Positions 39,201-53,202 are shown, counted from the whole stretch's first letter. The stretch is DNA of 63,302 nucleotides, filler included, from Octopus bimaculoides (GCF_001194135.2; 6 parts of 5 records of this genome joined end to end with filler, not necessarily neighbours in it), one strand, 5' to 3'. The notes: generated by a model not told the origin, from the sequence alone. Program-made: numbers and translations.

Positions 39201-39657
39201 GAAATCGAATAGCAGAAGGTATTTTGTCCAGCAATCGATTATAAACATTACACATGGACTGTCATCATCACCATATTTCTCTTCCTCTGTATCTTCATCA
39301 TCGGCAACGTCCTCCTCCTCATCATGTCATCGTCATCATCATCATCATCATCATCATCGTTGTCGTCGCCGCAATCGTTACCATCACCGGCTTCCCGTCG
39401 ATATCTACGATGAGTATCCATATGTATAATTTCGAGTCAATGTGAATCGGCCTCTACCACAGGTTTCTATCCTCATCCGCTGTGATCCAGCTGTGAAGAT
39501 CAGTGTACGATATATTCTCCTGTCGTGTTTAACCACAATTTTGTATCTCAGCCGGGAGTCTGCTCGGATTTCTAGTACTGCTTGTCAGCTGTGAGTATAT
39601 TATTTGACATGGTAACCAAGTTCTCTCTGTTTTACCCCTTCTCTTTCATTCTTTCTT

Positions 39658-39696
<39 letters not shown>

Positions 39697-39703
39697 GACA
39701 TAC

Positions 39704-39879
39704 CCAAAAGTCAGCGAAGCTTCAGGCTTGCCACTGTCTCTTCCTGGCTTTCTCTGGGAAGATGGTATTTCGAATCTTGTCTTACGAAAACTTTTTAACC
39801 GTAGTTCTTCCCGATACAGTCTGAAATAAATTATTTAAATAAATTCATTCATCAGGTTGTTCTTCCTCGCCCCCTATAC
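39704..39879 (-). other. Candidate exon with two alternative acceptors (starts at 39879 or 39820)
   Basis: TACTAAC branch point at 39927-39933; ttttattgcag| acceptor; second acceptor ttatttcag| gives a 117-nt open exon (LYREELRLKSFRKTRFEIPSSQRKPGRDSGKPEASLTF); TGG|gtatgt donor. Confidence 0.45.
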
Positions 39880-40407
39880 CTGCAATAAAATAAAATAATA
39901 TAGCGAACAGAAAATAATAATTGTTTGTTAGTATATGGCGCGTCATTATAATAATTGCTTTTGTCAGCAATCGGCGAAGCGTTTAATAACACATTTGTGT
40001 TTCTTTGTATATCGTACACCCGACTAAAAGATCAAAATATGTTATAATATATTCATTTATTGATTATGAATAAAGTATTAGGTAATGTGTAATTTATTAC
40101 ATATGTTCATAGTATTCATAATAATTTATTATAAATGTCATGAACATTAACGACAAATATTTCTAATAATTTGCACGCTTTCAATTAACGGAATAAAAGA
40201 TGTCAATCAGGGAGGGAGTATCTACGTGGTCTCTCGAGCTATTAGAAACAGCAGCCAATCTCTTTCAAATGACAGATTTTAAAGTAGAGATCGGACTAAA
40301 TGAACTCCATACAATTAGATGAGATGATCACGGATGGAATACTCACACCTGCTAAACATCAACACATGCAGCAGCCACGTTTCTGCCGCTGTTTATGCTG
40401 GTGTCTC

Positions 40408-40699
40408 GTAGTAGTAGTAGTAGTAGTAGTAGTAGTACTAGTAGTAGTAGTAGTGGTAGTAGTAGTAGTGGTAGTAGTAGTAGTAGTGGTGATGGTGGTG
40501 ATGGTGGTGTTAGTAGCAGTAGTAGTGAGGGTGTTGGCGGTGGTAGTAGTGTTGATAGTGATACTACTAGCGATACTGTGGTGATGGTAGTAGTACTGAC
40601 GATGGTAGTGGTGGTGGCAATAGTGGTGGTAGTAGTAGAGCTAGTGATGTAGTAGTGGTACTAGTAATAATGGTGGTGTTGTTGTTGGTGTTGTTGTTG

Positions 40700-40744
<45 letters not shown>

Positions 40745-40845
40745 TTGGTGTTGGTAGTGGTGGTAGTGTTGTTGTTGTTGGTGGTGGTGGTGCTGGTGTT
40801 GGTTGTAGTTGTAGTATTATTAGTGGTAGTAGTTGTAGTAGCAGT
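40408..40845 (+). repeat. Cryptic (GTA/GTG/GTT)n trinucleotide array
   Basis: Mixed triplets with register shifts. Confidence 0.95.
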
Positions 40846-40868
40846 GTGTGCGAATACAGATGCTTTAC

Positions 40869-40934
40869 CTATGAGGTAACACATGGTGCTCTGAATGGCG
40901 TATGTGATCGTGAGGTCACAGATGTAATAGTGAA
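40869..40934 (-). other. Candidate 66-nt exon (HYYICDLTITYAIQSTMCYLI)
   Basis: gtcatttttag| acceptor, TAG|gtaaag donor; open only in phase 1-1. Confidence 0.4.
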
Positions 40935-41138
40935 CTAAAAATGACAGCCTGACTATTTATAACTCTTGAATAAAACATAATTAACGCATAAAACATAAAA
41001 ATACTAGAAGTAATTGTGGTTCGTATAAACAACAGTAGAAAAAAAATCGTTATCGAACAAGTCAACAATTTATATGAATCAATTATACATTATTTTCAAT
41101 TTTTTTTATTAAGTACGTGGAACAAATTAAGTACTTAC

Positions 41139-41218
41139 TGAAACACATCTTTTGGTCTTCGTCTGATCTCGTCAGCGAAGCAGTTTTCGCTACTCTTGGG
41201 GAAATGGCGGTGAATTAA
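41139..41218 (-). other. Candidate 80-nt exon
   Basis: ttgcttttgtag| acceptor, TCA|gtaagtac donor; interior GC-richer than flanks; phase-0 frame open (LIHRHFPKSSENCFADEIRRRPKDVF). Confidence 0.45.
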
Positions 41219-41804
41219 CTACAAAAGCAAGTATTCAATACCGTATATTTTTCGACGTAAAGTCGCCAATACGTAAAACAATAATCAAGGTCGTCTTAAC
41301 AAATCTCATGCCTGGGACATTAAAAAAATTATAGTAAAACAATGAAACTTCGAAACAGAAATTATCACTTATCTTTTAATCTTTCATTGTACCGGTTTCT
41401 TANNNNNNNNNNNNNNNNNNNNNNNNNNNNNNNNNNNNNNNNNNNNNNNNNNNNNNNNNNNNNNNNNNNNNNNNNNNNNNNNNNNNNNNNNNNNNNNNNN
41501 NNNNNNNNNNNNNNNNNNNNNNNNNNNNNNNNNNNNNNNNNNNNNNNNNNNNNNNNNNNNNNNNNNNNNNNNNNNNNNNNNNNNNNNNNNNNNNNNNNNN
41601 NNNNNNNNNNNNNNNNNNNNNNNNNNNNNNNNNNNNNNNNNNNNNNNNNNNNNNNNNNNNNNNNNNNNNNATATGCATATATATATATGCATATATACAT
41701 ATATGTACATACATATATGCGTACCTATATAAATATATTAGTATGTACATATATGTATGCATATATGCATATATACATATGTATATATATATGTATATGT
41801 GTAT

Positions 41805-41846
<42 letters not shown>

Positions 41847-42119
41847 ACGAATATTCATATAGATATTTTATATTTTCATTATTATCAGCGGTAAATATAA
41901 ATAATTGATAATAATAACAACAAAAATATAGCTGGTAGTGGAAGCAAGCAATAATAGCGTTAAATATCTGGAGAATAAATTTATAGCTATAATAGAGGGC
42001 ACACGAGGCAACTACTTGCTAGAAAGAGGAGCTGAATCCTCAACTAAACCACCGAATTACATTGAAATATATAATGGATCAACAGAAATCGAGCAAATGA
42101 GTAAAGGTTAACAAATCAT

Positions 42120-42240
<121 letters not shown>

Positions 42241-42269
42241 GTGTATATATATACATGCATATCTATAAT

Positions 42270-42560
42270 TCGAGAGCTATATTACCTCCGTCACTGCACT
42301 GTTCCAAATTCCCAGCTATTCTGTCAAGAGTGAAGACCATGTACTGCAATAACTTAGGATTCAAGGGCTCTCAGCGATTTAATATTTTGCCAAAATATCT
42401 GAGAGATCTACATGGAGTAGTGGGTAGATGCTTTCAAGAGAAGACTTGGTCTCTTGCTGTCCAGGGTCCCTGAAGAACCTACATCATGGCAAGAAACTCA
42501 AAACGGAGCAGCAATATTGAGCTTAAACCTTCACCAAAAGCTTATCACAAAAGAATGGAC
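42270..42560 (+). mobile_element. CR1-like LINE 3' fragment
   Basis: SRVKTMYCNNLGFKGSQRFNILPKYLRDLHGV / DAFKRRLGLLLSRVPEEP. Confidence 0.75.
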
Positions 42561-43127
42561 ACTGGAATGGTGATAACACTGGTAGTGCAGTAGTACAGCT
42601 ATAGCCTTTAAGGTGAAACGCATACAAAACTAAAAAATAAAGCGTATATAAGAATAAAGAGTGTGTATATATATATAAGTATAAATTAAATAATAAGGGT
42701 AGAAATTGATATTAATCAATTAAAACCAGTGGCTTAGCAAATTTGAAAAATCCGAAGATTAAAAATTGTGTTACATACAAAATTAAGAGGAATGACCACT
42801 AAAAGGGGACACCTAATATGCTAAAGATAGACGTCAAATTGTCATTACCACGAAGAGTGTGTTCTCAAGAAAAATCTCAACAAAACGCCAAAATGTAAAA
42901 ATGAGCAAGACAAATGAAAATATACGAAATAAAAAACGATTACCTACGTACCATGGTTTCACTTATTAATATTTATGTATGTAAACACGCAGATATCTGC
43001 AAGCTCGTCAGCATAGTCAGTCGCTTACAAAACACAATTTCCAGAACTAGATACAGAACGCTTAACCGAAATAGAGTAGAATCAAGGACAGCATAACCGT
43101 GTATGGACAGTTTGCATGGTCACTTAC

Positions 43128-43230
43128 CTATTTACTAAAGTATATTTGGATGTGTCCCCTCAGTTAGGCATACATCCACAACCATACACCAAAGACACTC
43201 GACGTAACATTCTCCAGTTTATTCTCTCAA
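43128..43230 (-). other. Candidate non-coding exon (stops in all three frames)
   Basis: ctcttttattttggttccag| acceptor and TAG|gtaagtg donor, both near consensus. Confidence 0.45.
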
Positions 43231-43399
43231 CTGGAACCAAAATAAAAGAGTCGTCATGCATTCTATCATCTTTGTGAGAAAAATCTCAAATGTTCAATTT
43301 AAAATTAATTTTAAATCACTTCAAAAAAGTTTTTCTTTTTACATGATGTAATTGATTTGTGCATCAATAAAAAGAAAACACGTCTGAAACAGCTGTATA

Positions 43400-43611
43400 G
43401 TGAACCTCAGCCCATTTGCGTTAGATCGCTAGCCACTACACATTCTTTATTTTCCCTGCTTGATTCTTTCTGTGTTCCTTTCCGTGGAAGGGCGAAGGCT
43501 CGAAACGTTAAAGACTTTTCCACTTCCCGAGCGTTAAACTAATACATCTGCTTGTTGTCTACACCACCTGTCTTCGTCTATTGTTTTTTTTGTGAATTCC
43601 TCCTATATATA
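43400..43611 (+). mobile_element. Penelope-like element terminal region
   Basis: ggaagggcgaaggctcgaaacgtt signature-like motif followed by a TA-repeat tail; pattern recognition only. Confidence 0.45.
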
Positions 43612-43733
43612 NNNNNNNNNNNNNNNNNNNNNNNNNNNNNNNNNNNNNNNNNNNNNNNNNNNNNNNNNNNNNNNNNNNNNNNNNNNNNNNNNNNNNNNNN
43701 NNNNNNNNNNNNNNNNNATATATATATATATAT

Positions 43734-43900
43734 AGGCGCAGGAGTGGGTATGTGGTAAGTAGCTTGCTTATGAACCACATGGTTCCGGGTTCAGTCCCAT
43801 TTCATGGCACCTTAGGCAAGTGTTTTTCTACTAAACCCTCGGGCCGATCAAAGCCTTGTGACTGGATTTGGTAGGCGGAAACTGAAAAAAACCCGTCGTA
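43734..43900 (+). mobile_element. SINE family A, 5' half
   Basis: aggcgcaggagtgg...ggaaactgaaaaaaacccgtcg. Confidence 0.85.
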
Positions 43901-44918
43901 TATATGTATATATATATACAGTATACTAGCAAAAGAGAATTTCGTTGAAGAGATTTTTCCCCACGTGGTAGGTTGTAGTGAAAAAATATATGTAACAAAA
44001 GAAGGAAAATGCACACAATTTATACAATTTCAATGCATTTTAAAGGAGCAAATATTATGATAGTCTACCGGTTTCGCGTTTCGCTAACCATGACATTGTA
44101 ATTGGTGAACATTTTGCAATTTCGTATTTTCTGAAGGAGGTTATAGTCCAGGTTACTTGAATGAGAGTATGTTTGCAAATGAACCAGCATGTAGAAAAAT
44201 CTAAGTGGACGTAATTAATGATTGTTATTATTCGAGATAATGGAAATTATTGCACTTTTTTTGGTGGGGGTACACTTTTTTGTAGGGTACACTTTTGGGG
44301 AGGGTAAATTTATAGTATTTGTATGACAAAGTTATAAACTCATGAATTAAAGTAGTGAAATAAAATATGTACAAAGTTGGATGTGTGTTCATGAATTAAA
44401 ATATTTACAAAAACCGAAATTGGTTATGCATAAATATATACGGAAAAGTCACTTGCCGAAGTTGCCGTGCATGAAAACCAAGCAGTTATAAAGCGGGCCC
44501 CTGAACCACTCTATCATGCCTGCGTAGGGATTCCCGAATTATTAAAATCTTATCAACGATTCATAGTTTTCATTGTGGCTGCAGAATTGATAGAGAAAGT
44601 GTCACGAAATACATATCCACCGTTGAACATTGGTTAGCTGCTCGATTGGTTGGTTGGTGTCGGAATAGGGAAATGAAATAAACTATAACGCTATAAATAT
44701 TGCAAGATATAGTGTTAAACTAATCTACGTAGATGGTATCTAATATTCGAGATAAAGTTGCTTTGTTATTATTACAGATTTGATATCTTTGGTATGTAAG
44801 AAAAAAATAGAATTGAGGTAGATTGCAGGAAATATTAATGCCATAAAAACTTGATATACGTACACACAAAGACACATAGACACTTGATACATACTTGCAT
44901 GTGCGTATATATATATTG

Positions 44919-44973
<55 letters not shown>

Positions 44974-46019
44974 GTATGTATATATATATATATATACGTA
45001 TATATATGTATATATATATACACACACATAAGTATACATGTAAGCATCTATACACGTACATAATAAAACATATGTATGTATATATGCCTTTATCTATATA
45101 TATATATCTATATGTATGTGTACACACACACACACACACACACAGAAAGATGCATTCATAAATCTCTAATATTCTCTCATGAGATTCTTTCATCATACTC
45201 TAATGTACGAATGCGCGTGCACACGCACATAGAAATATACACGCGCATGCACTTACATGTACATACATATATAGGCATATACATACGTAAAAAGTGACAA
45301 AAAAAAAGCCAAGGGGAATAACTCCGTATGGCCAATAACATATCTTTTAAATATAAAAACGTGTGTAGTCTTATTAATAGGGTACGAGATAAGTTCGGGA
45401 TTTATTGAAATAATCATTGTTTCAAGAGGAGATAAATCAATTACTTGATCGTAATTAGTACCAACCCGCCAAATGATGAGCTCGTAATCAGAATATTCAA
45501 GAATTCTCTAAAATTGATATGCTATCATGGGTAACTCAGATTGATTATCTGATGAGAAAAGGACAGTTGCTGACAGATGTTTCTTTTACTTTATGGTGTA
45601 TAGGTTTTCCAGAATTCTCCATTATTGAATTTATTATCCCCTTTGCATTTGGGGTTGGTACCTATTGGTATAAACATATCGGTCTATCATCTCTGGAAGA
45701 CAAGATAATTTCAGAGAAACAAGGATTCATTATGCATGATTTTCAATATACGCTTATTCGTTTTTCGCTCGCTCGCCGTCGCGCTATCACTCACGCCCAC
45801 ACACACATGCACGCACGTGCGCACACACCGTCTCTCTTTCTCTAATTCTCTCTCACACACACGACCTTTTGATGTTCGTTTACTTGAAAGTCTGAGTAAA
45901 AGCTTGTGAAAAATGTTCACCTTCACTATTTTATTCTACCTTTAGTATTTGAGTACTGTTTTCTCAACTTGTTTTGCACCTATCTATGCATGTATATATA
46001 TGTAATTGTGTGTATATGT

Positions 46020-46180
46020 GTATGTATGTCTGTGTATTTGTATGTATGTATGCATGTATGTATGTATGTATGTATGTATGTATGTATGTATGTACATACG
46101 TACGTACGTATGTATGTATGTATGTATGTATGTATGTATGTGTGCATGTATGTATGTATGTACGTATGTGTGTATGTATG
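46020..46180 (+). repeat. (TATG)n microsatellite
   Basis: Direct reading; the complementary (TACA)n occurs at 1812-1890. Confidence 0.95.
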
Positions 46181-47394
46181 TGTCCTTGGTTTGAAAGAAC
46201 TAATCTATCTGGAAGAGAGGAGCAGAAACAACAACGATTTCTATAGTGAAACCGGATATACTACGTGATGTATTAAAGAGAATCTCCGTAGTTTCCATAA
46301 TTCTTTCAACATTAGTATGTCTTCCATTATATCCAACAGAGCATACATGAAAAAAGCAACTTGGTGACATTGCTTCATCTATTCCTGGCCAACCAGTTTA
46401 AAATCCTTGCGAGTAAAAGATATATACAAGCCAACTACTGTATGTCGCACACATTTGAGTTTCCATCTCCCTCAGAAAATAGCCTTGAGAAAATATTGTA
46501 AGTTTTTGTATACAGACAGAACACCAGTAAAATAGAGGATAAGAATGATATAATTTTCTGTAGCAAAATTGATAGCAGTATATTAGTAACAAGCGTAATA
46601 ATAGCAACGCACTCTAACGTTGAACAGCAGTTAGCTGAAACTCTAACTTTATGTAGAAGAGAGCTGAAACTGTAACGTTTAGCAGTGAGCTGAAAAGCTA
46701 AGCAATTACACCCAGCTAGCTATTTAATTAAATGTCAAGTAGGGACTAACACACTTAATGTTGTAAGCCAAAGAATGTTTTTTAATTAAAAACGTGGTTG
46801 TATAGGAATGTATCTATCATTCCATTTGCAAATTGTACAACTGGAATGATACACAACAGTTTTACGAATAAGAATGTATATACGCAAGTCCCGGAAACCG
46901 GAATACAAGAATCTAGAATTATTGTTAGGGTATTCTCACACAGAATGCAATATCTTGAACATTTTTATGTAGTATACGTGTTCTATATAAGTATTGTGTA
47001 TTTCATCCATAGTAATGTAAATATTTTAGCATTTTCATATACACTCGATGCAAAATCATTTCCCTCTCTGTTCTGTGTAATTTCAATCTTATTCACAGCA
47101 CCTCATTCCCACATGTCATTTCAGACATAACTTTTAGGCATGTTTTCCAAAGTATCTCCAATTGATATGCGAAAAGAAACACTTTGTGTAGTTCTTAGTC
47201 CAGGAATTAAAAAAAAGGATAAATACGAGATCCTTAATAATTATTGTAAATGCTGTCTATTGGCAGAATCTTCAGTGTGTCAGACAAAACACCTTGTGGT
47301 ATATGTTCCAAATCTTTATGCTACGAGTTCAAATACCAATGAAGTACTTTCTACCTTTCATCTCGATATAATAGAGTACTATTGAAACATTGTT

Positions 47395-47697
47395 TGTTCC
47401 ATCTCGCGCTATGCCTGGCTCATAAAGGTCGGTTTCTCGGTTTCATTAGCGTATTGGTTTCCCACCCGGACGGGACGCTTATCTGTCGCAGGTGAGCTGC
47501 TAGATGCAGGAGGAAAGAGTGAGAGAAAGTTGTGGCGAAAGAGTCAGCAGATGTTTCGCCATTACCTTCTGCCGGACCGTGTCGAGCTTAGGTGTTTCGC
47601 TCATAAACGCACACATCGCCCGGTCTGAGATTCAAACCCGCGATACCTCGACCGCGAGTCCGCTGCTCTATCCACTAGGTTATATGCCTCCACTTCA
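47395..47697 (-). mobile_element. tRNA-derived SINE family D
   Basis: tRNA-like head on the minus strand; homologous to 49043-49345. Confidence 0.8.
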
Positions 47698-47899
47698 TTG
47701 AAACATTGGGATCGATCTAATCAACTAAACCTTCCTTAGCCTTGTACGTGCATTAGAAACAATATTATAAAGGTGACAGATTTCTGGCTCTCTTCATTCT
47801 GAGTACGATTTTGCCTTTAAACCACCGGGATAAAGCACCCGTGGAGTACTGGGTTCGATGTTATTTGAACCCCTCCGGTCAAAAGTGCAGAGCATATTA

Positions 47900-48560
47900 A
47901 TAGAAATAAAATGAGCTGGCAGAATTGTTAGATCGTTGGAAAAAGCGTTTTGCGGTATCTGTTGTGTCTCCGAGTTGATCTGCACACCGAGATCAACTTT
48001 GCCTTACCTCCTCCAAAATAAAATACCAGTCAAGTCTTGAGGTTGACGAAATTGACAAACCCCTTCTCTTTAAAAGCGTTGCTCTTGTGCCAAAATTTAA
48101 AACGATTAAGGCGGTGAGCTGGCAGAATGGTTACCGTGCCGGACAGAGTGTATTTAGCAGCCTTCGTTTTGGCTCTTTACTTTCTGACTTCAAATGCCGC
48201 CAAGGTCGACTTATCTTTAATCCTCACGGGGTCTATAAAATAAAGTTCCCAGGTGAGTACTAAGTCTGATGTAGTCGACTTACCCTCTCCCTTGAAACCA
48301 TAATTATTATCATTAATATTATAAAGAAATAGACGGCAGCGATCTTGCAGAATCGTTAGCACGCCGGGCAAAATGCTTAGCGGCTCATCGTCTGTCTATA
48401 CGTTCTGAGTCCAAACTCCGGCGAGGTCGACTTGGCCTTTCATCCTTTAAGAGTCGATAATATATGTACCAGTTGAACACTGGCGTCGATGTAATCGACT
48501 TAACTCCTCCCCTGAAAATGATGCCTTCAAAGAAAAAAAAAAATTGAAACCAATATTATG
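47900..48560 (+). mobile_element. Tandem array of 3 SINE family B copies
   Basis: Units start near 47910, 48108 and 48332. Confidence 0.82.
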
Positions 48561-49042
48561 AAGAAATAGTACAACTAATATTTCAATAATGTTTCTCATT
48601 CATCCGCCTTGTGGCAAATAAGGAGTGTTTATTTTTTGAATCTGTACAATAAAGTAACAGTAAAATTAAACCCGACGATATAGAGGAGTAACGCTGCCTA
48701 AGATGTCTACCTTTGAGTCACTGTTAGAAACGTTTACTATTGTTAATGTGGGGACACAGATGTTGTAGTTTTTATCGATGATGTAGTCGTGGTGATGGTG
48801 ATGGTGGTGGTAGTGGTGATGGTAATATTGTTGGTAGCAACGACAATATCTCGACATAGGAATACCAAAGCAGTGTGCATGCACACAAGTACGCTCATTT
48901 ACGGCTGAATACATCGAGACAGAGAGAGAGAGGTGATCATCTGCAACGATGAATTGTAAAGAAGTATTCATACATGCAAGTCTGTGTATCTGTAACATGA
49001 GTTCGATTCCGTTGCGTAGAATTTTAGGCAAATAATAATTTT

Positions 49043-49345
49043 AGGCATAATGGCCCAGCGGTTAGGGCAGCGGAATGGCGGTTGGAGGGTCGCGGTTTCG
49101 ATCCCCAGACCGAGCGTTGTGAGTGTTTATTGAGCGAAAATATCTAAGCTCTACGAGGCTCCGGCGGGGGATGGGGTGGCGACCCCTGTTGTACTCTTTC
49201 GTCCCGACTTTCTCTCACTTTTTCTTCCTGCTTCTTGAGTAACGCTACGATGGACTGCCGTCCCGTCCAGCTGGGGGGAACATATACACCATAGAAACCG
49301 GGAAACCAGGCCCATGAGTCTGGCTAGGCTTTAAAAGGGCGCATA
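49043..49345 (+). mobile_element. tRNA-derived SINE family D
   Basis: tggcccagcggttagggc...ggtttcgatcccc head; gtcccgtcc..g and gaaaccg.gaaacc tail shared with 47395-47697. Confidence 0.8.
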
Positions 49346-49428
49346 AATAAAATGAAATAATTTGAGTAACTTCTCGTTAATACGAACCTTCCGAGTGAAA
49401 TAGTGCATACAGAAACTGCGGAAGACAG

Positions 49429-49799
49429 AGGTGCAGATGTGCCGTATAGTTAAAAGTTTGTTTCCCAACCACATGGTTTTCGAGCTTCAGTCCCATTACA
49501 CGGCACTTTAGGTAAGTGCCTTCTACTATAGCCTCGGGCCGACCAAAGTCCAGGAAGTGGATTTTGCGGGCGGAAACTGAAAGGAATCTGTCGTATATAT
49601 GTATGTGTTTGTTTCTTTGTGTCTGTGTGTGTTCCCCCACTCCACCCAAGCTCTTGTCCCTGTAACAGTGGTTCGGCAAAAGAGACGGATGGAATAAATA
49701 CCGGGCTTAAAAAAATAATAAATAAATACAAGAGTCCATTTAAATCGGTACACTAACATGGTCGCAGTCTAATGACTGAAACATGTAGAAAATAAAAGA
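49429..49799 (+). mobile_element. SINE family A, diverged full length
   Basis: Core and tail match. Confidence 0.85.
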
Positions 49800-50099
49800 T
49801 AGGGTTCTGTATCAGTTATTCAAAGAATCAAACCTCGTAGAATTGTGTCATATTGATTGCACCTGAGAATTACACATGTCTACGGAACACTCAGTCACTT
49901 TGTCAATAACTCAATGAGCTTTGTGATTCAGCTGATTGAATAACTGGAATATTCCGCGTCGGTGAAAGTGATGTAAGAGCGTTTATTCTACAATATATAT
50001 ATACGTATGTGTGTATGAATACATATATGTGTATACATTTGTATATATTTGTATGTATGTACCGTATTTATATCTGTCCTCGTATATGCGATATACGTC

Positions 50100-50146
<47 letters not shown>

Positions 50147-50279
50147 GCGTGTATATTTATGTATGTATGTATGTATGTANNNNNNNNNNNNNNNNNNNNN
50201 NNNNNNNNNNNNNNNNNNNNNNNTTAATTAATTAANNNNNNNNNNNNNNNNNNNNNNNNNNNNNNNNNNNNNNNNNNNN

Positions 50280-50313
<34 letters not shown>

Positions 50314-51141
50314 GTATATATGTATGTGTATATATTGATATATGGATATATATATGTGTGTGTGTATGTATGTATATATGAGTGTGGGTTTTTACGTAGG
50401 TGTGTATATAAATATGCATATATGAATTTATTGGAGTATATGTGGGTTTGTTTGTATATATATGCGCATACACATAAGTATAAATGATTATATACATTCA
50501 TCTCAATAGTTTTCATAGATACACAGGATTAACCCCATTTATAATGCCCTTTTATTACATAACATTCCTCTCCAAAAAAATTTTTTATTGGATTTATATC
50601 ATCCTATCTACTCCCAACTCTACACTATGAATTCTCCTTCTCTCTTTCTCTTTTTTTTTCTCATCCTTTCTTGTCCAACGTACTATCTGGTAGCGTCCTA
50701 ATCTCCAACGGCTTTTTCAAATGAATTACGTTATAACCTTATCCAACTATAGTTCTCATACTCNNNNNNNNNNNNNNNNNNNNNNNNNNNNNNNNNNNNN
50801 NNNNNNNNNNNNNNNNNNNNNNNNNNNNNNNNNNNNNNNNNNNNNNNNNNNNNNNNNNNNNNNNNNNNNNNNNNNNNNNNNNNNNNNNNNNNNNNNNNNN
50901 NNNNNNNNNNNNNNNNNNNNNNNNNNNNNNNNNNNNNNNNNNNNNNNNNNNNNNNNNNNNNNNNNNNNNNNNNNNNNNNNNNNNNNNNNNNNNATATATA
51001 TATATATATATAATTGTGTGGGCGGGTGTGAGTGTGTGTAAACGAACAATTGAATGGACTTCTAATTTTGCGAGTTCTGTTTCACTGACAATCTTTATCT
51101 AATGTAAGCATAATGCAATGTGTCCGATTGCGTCATACATT

Positions 51142-51240
51142 ATGTAATTTTCACACTCATCAGGCATTATTTAAACAACATAGATAACTTTTTCTTTTTC
51201 TCTTTACGTAAATAATGCCTGATGGGCGTGAAAATTGCAT
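51142..51240. repeat. 32-bp inverted repeat, 35-nt loop
   Basis: atgtaattttcacactcatcaggcattattta pairs with taaataatgcctgatgggcgtgaaaattgcat; 3 DNA mismatches. Confidence 0.92.
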
Positions 51241-52341
51241 TAAGTAGTTCAAAATATATTATGATTACATTGAATAAATGTTCTCAGCAAAACAATTGTC
51301 ACAAAATTTAAAATGCATTCGTTTATTCGTAAGTGTCATTTCACGTCACACCAAAGTGTTATAGCATTCATTGAATTACTGGTTAACAGTTGGAATTGCA
51401 AATTATCTAACAATTGTGACTGGTCTTCATGGGTGCTTTCAAATCTGATGATGGATTATTTCACTGCCTGCTCTTCGGGATTCTGTCTAGCCAAATGATG
51501 GTGTACTTCACGTTGATTTTCCACGATTCTTTATGAATAAACGAGTGTCTGTGTGTGTGTGTCTATGCGCGCACGCGCGCGCGTGTGTATACCATCTTTT
51601 ATGAAGTTAAGAATCGGAACTCAGAAAAACTTTCCCAACTAAATTTCGTAACCTTTTGTTTCTTCTTCTGCATATCACTAAAATGATAACTAATAGCCAA
51701 TGCTATATGAAATTTAGAAAATAAACATTTTATAGAATATTCTTTGATAGAGTTCTAGCTCAAATTACATATTTGTGTGTTATACATACCTTAGATCCTA
51801 TATATCAAATTCAAACCCCTGTGTTGTCAACGCTACCTTTCATCTTTCTGGTGCCGATAAAATAAATGTGCCAGCTAAATATCGATTTCTATTTATTTGT
51901 TACAATTTTACAAAAAATTGCTTCTTTGTGCTAAAGTAAAAAGCGAACATTTTATGTTTCTGAAATAAGACATGGAATATGTTTTTGAATATGGACAGTT
52001 CAAAGAATAAATTTCTATATGTTAAATAACGTATTGCGCATTACATTGATGACAGATAAACAGATAGGGGAAAGACACAGAACATGTATGCGTCTGTGTG
52101 TAAAAAAAAAATACGTGTGATTATATATTTCAGGGTATATGTGTATATGTCTATATGTATGTATATACGTGTGAATGTGTGCATATAACAAATAGCCTAG
52201 GAAATATTTGTTTAGATTGCCTTCGCTATCTAACAAACAAAACAACGAAGATAAAACTGTAGTGAGGTTTGTGTGTACACCATATATCTCAGAAATAGTA
52301 TATTTTACCTTAATTTTATGCCTATTTATTTTCATACTTAC

Positions 52342-52381
52342 CTTCGGCAGTGCAGTACAAATTTTTGTGATGTTTGAATCT
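52342..52381 (-). other. Candidate 40-nt exon (DSNITKICTALPK)
   Basis: Consensus donor AAG|gtaagtatg; moderate acceptor aatag|. Confidence 0.3.
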
Positions 52382-52769
52382 CTATTCATTAATGAAAATG
52401 ATTAAACACATGTTTTGTTCGTTATTTCTTGACGGAAAAAAAACATGACTTCATTGACGTCAACACACACACACATACACAATACTCACACATATATAAT
52501 GAATGTCATGGCGTGTCAATCAACACAAACACACGTCCTCTATTTGTGACATATACACACACATAGTCCTCAAGCTTTCTAAGAGAAAAAGAAAACCGAC
52601 TTCTTGACGTACTCAATATTTAATCATTTAGAAATATTTTTAACTGAATGTGATTTCAAAAGAGTAAGTTGTTTGTACAGTAAATATTTATATTTTAGAT
52701 TTCTTTAAACAGACAATATCTAAATATGTTTTTTATTATTTTCAAATGAATGGCGATCTTTCGCTTATC

Positions 52770-53150
52770 ATCCGGAGTTCGTTAATTTCCGTAAAAATTT
52801 TTGTTTCTTTATCTGTTTTAAAGTGAAAGATAGGAGAAAGTAAAAAATGTATGTACGTGTATATGGAATGGACGGTGTGTGAGAGAGAGAAAGAGAGAAA
52901 GGGAGAGGAAGAGAGAGAGAGAGAGAAAAAGAAAGAGAGAGGAAGACAGTGAGAAAAAGACAGAGGAAGAGAGTGAGGAAGAGAGTGAGAGGAAGACAGA
53001 GAGAAAAAGAGAGAGAGTGAGTGAAGGGATGTGTTGTCATGTATACGTAAATACATCAATACATATGTGTACATCTTTTCTTGTATGTACGTCTGCACGT
53101 GTGTGTGTGTGTTTGAGAGAGAGTGATTGTGTGAACGTGTGTGTTTTCTT

Positions 53151-53202
<52 letters not shown>

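Noticed and set aside
40300-40884. Thr-rich mucin-like and poly-Val/poly-Ser ORFs
   Set aside because: Translations of a cryptic trinucleotide array; the Thr register shifts repeatedly.
43921-44735. Possible Helitron-like insertion starting tactagc
   Set aside because: I could not identify a clear terminal hairpin or a second copy in the window.
46798-47385. Two consecutive plus ORFs (110 and 81 aa)
   Set aside because: No recognisable motif, AT-rich codon content, no convincing splice chain.
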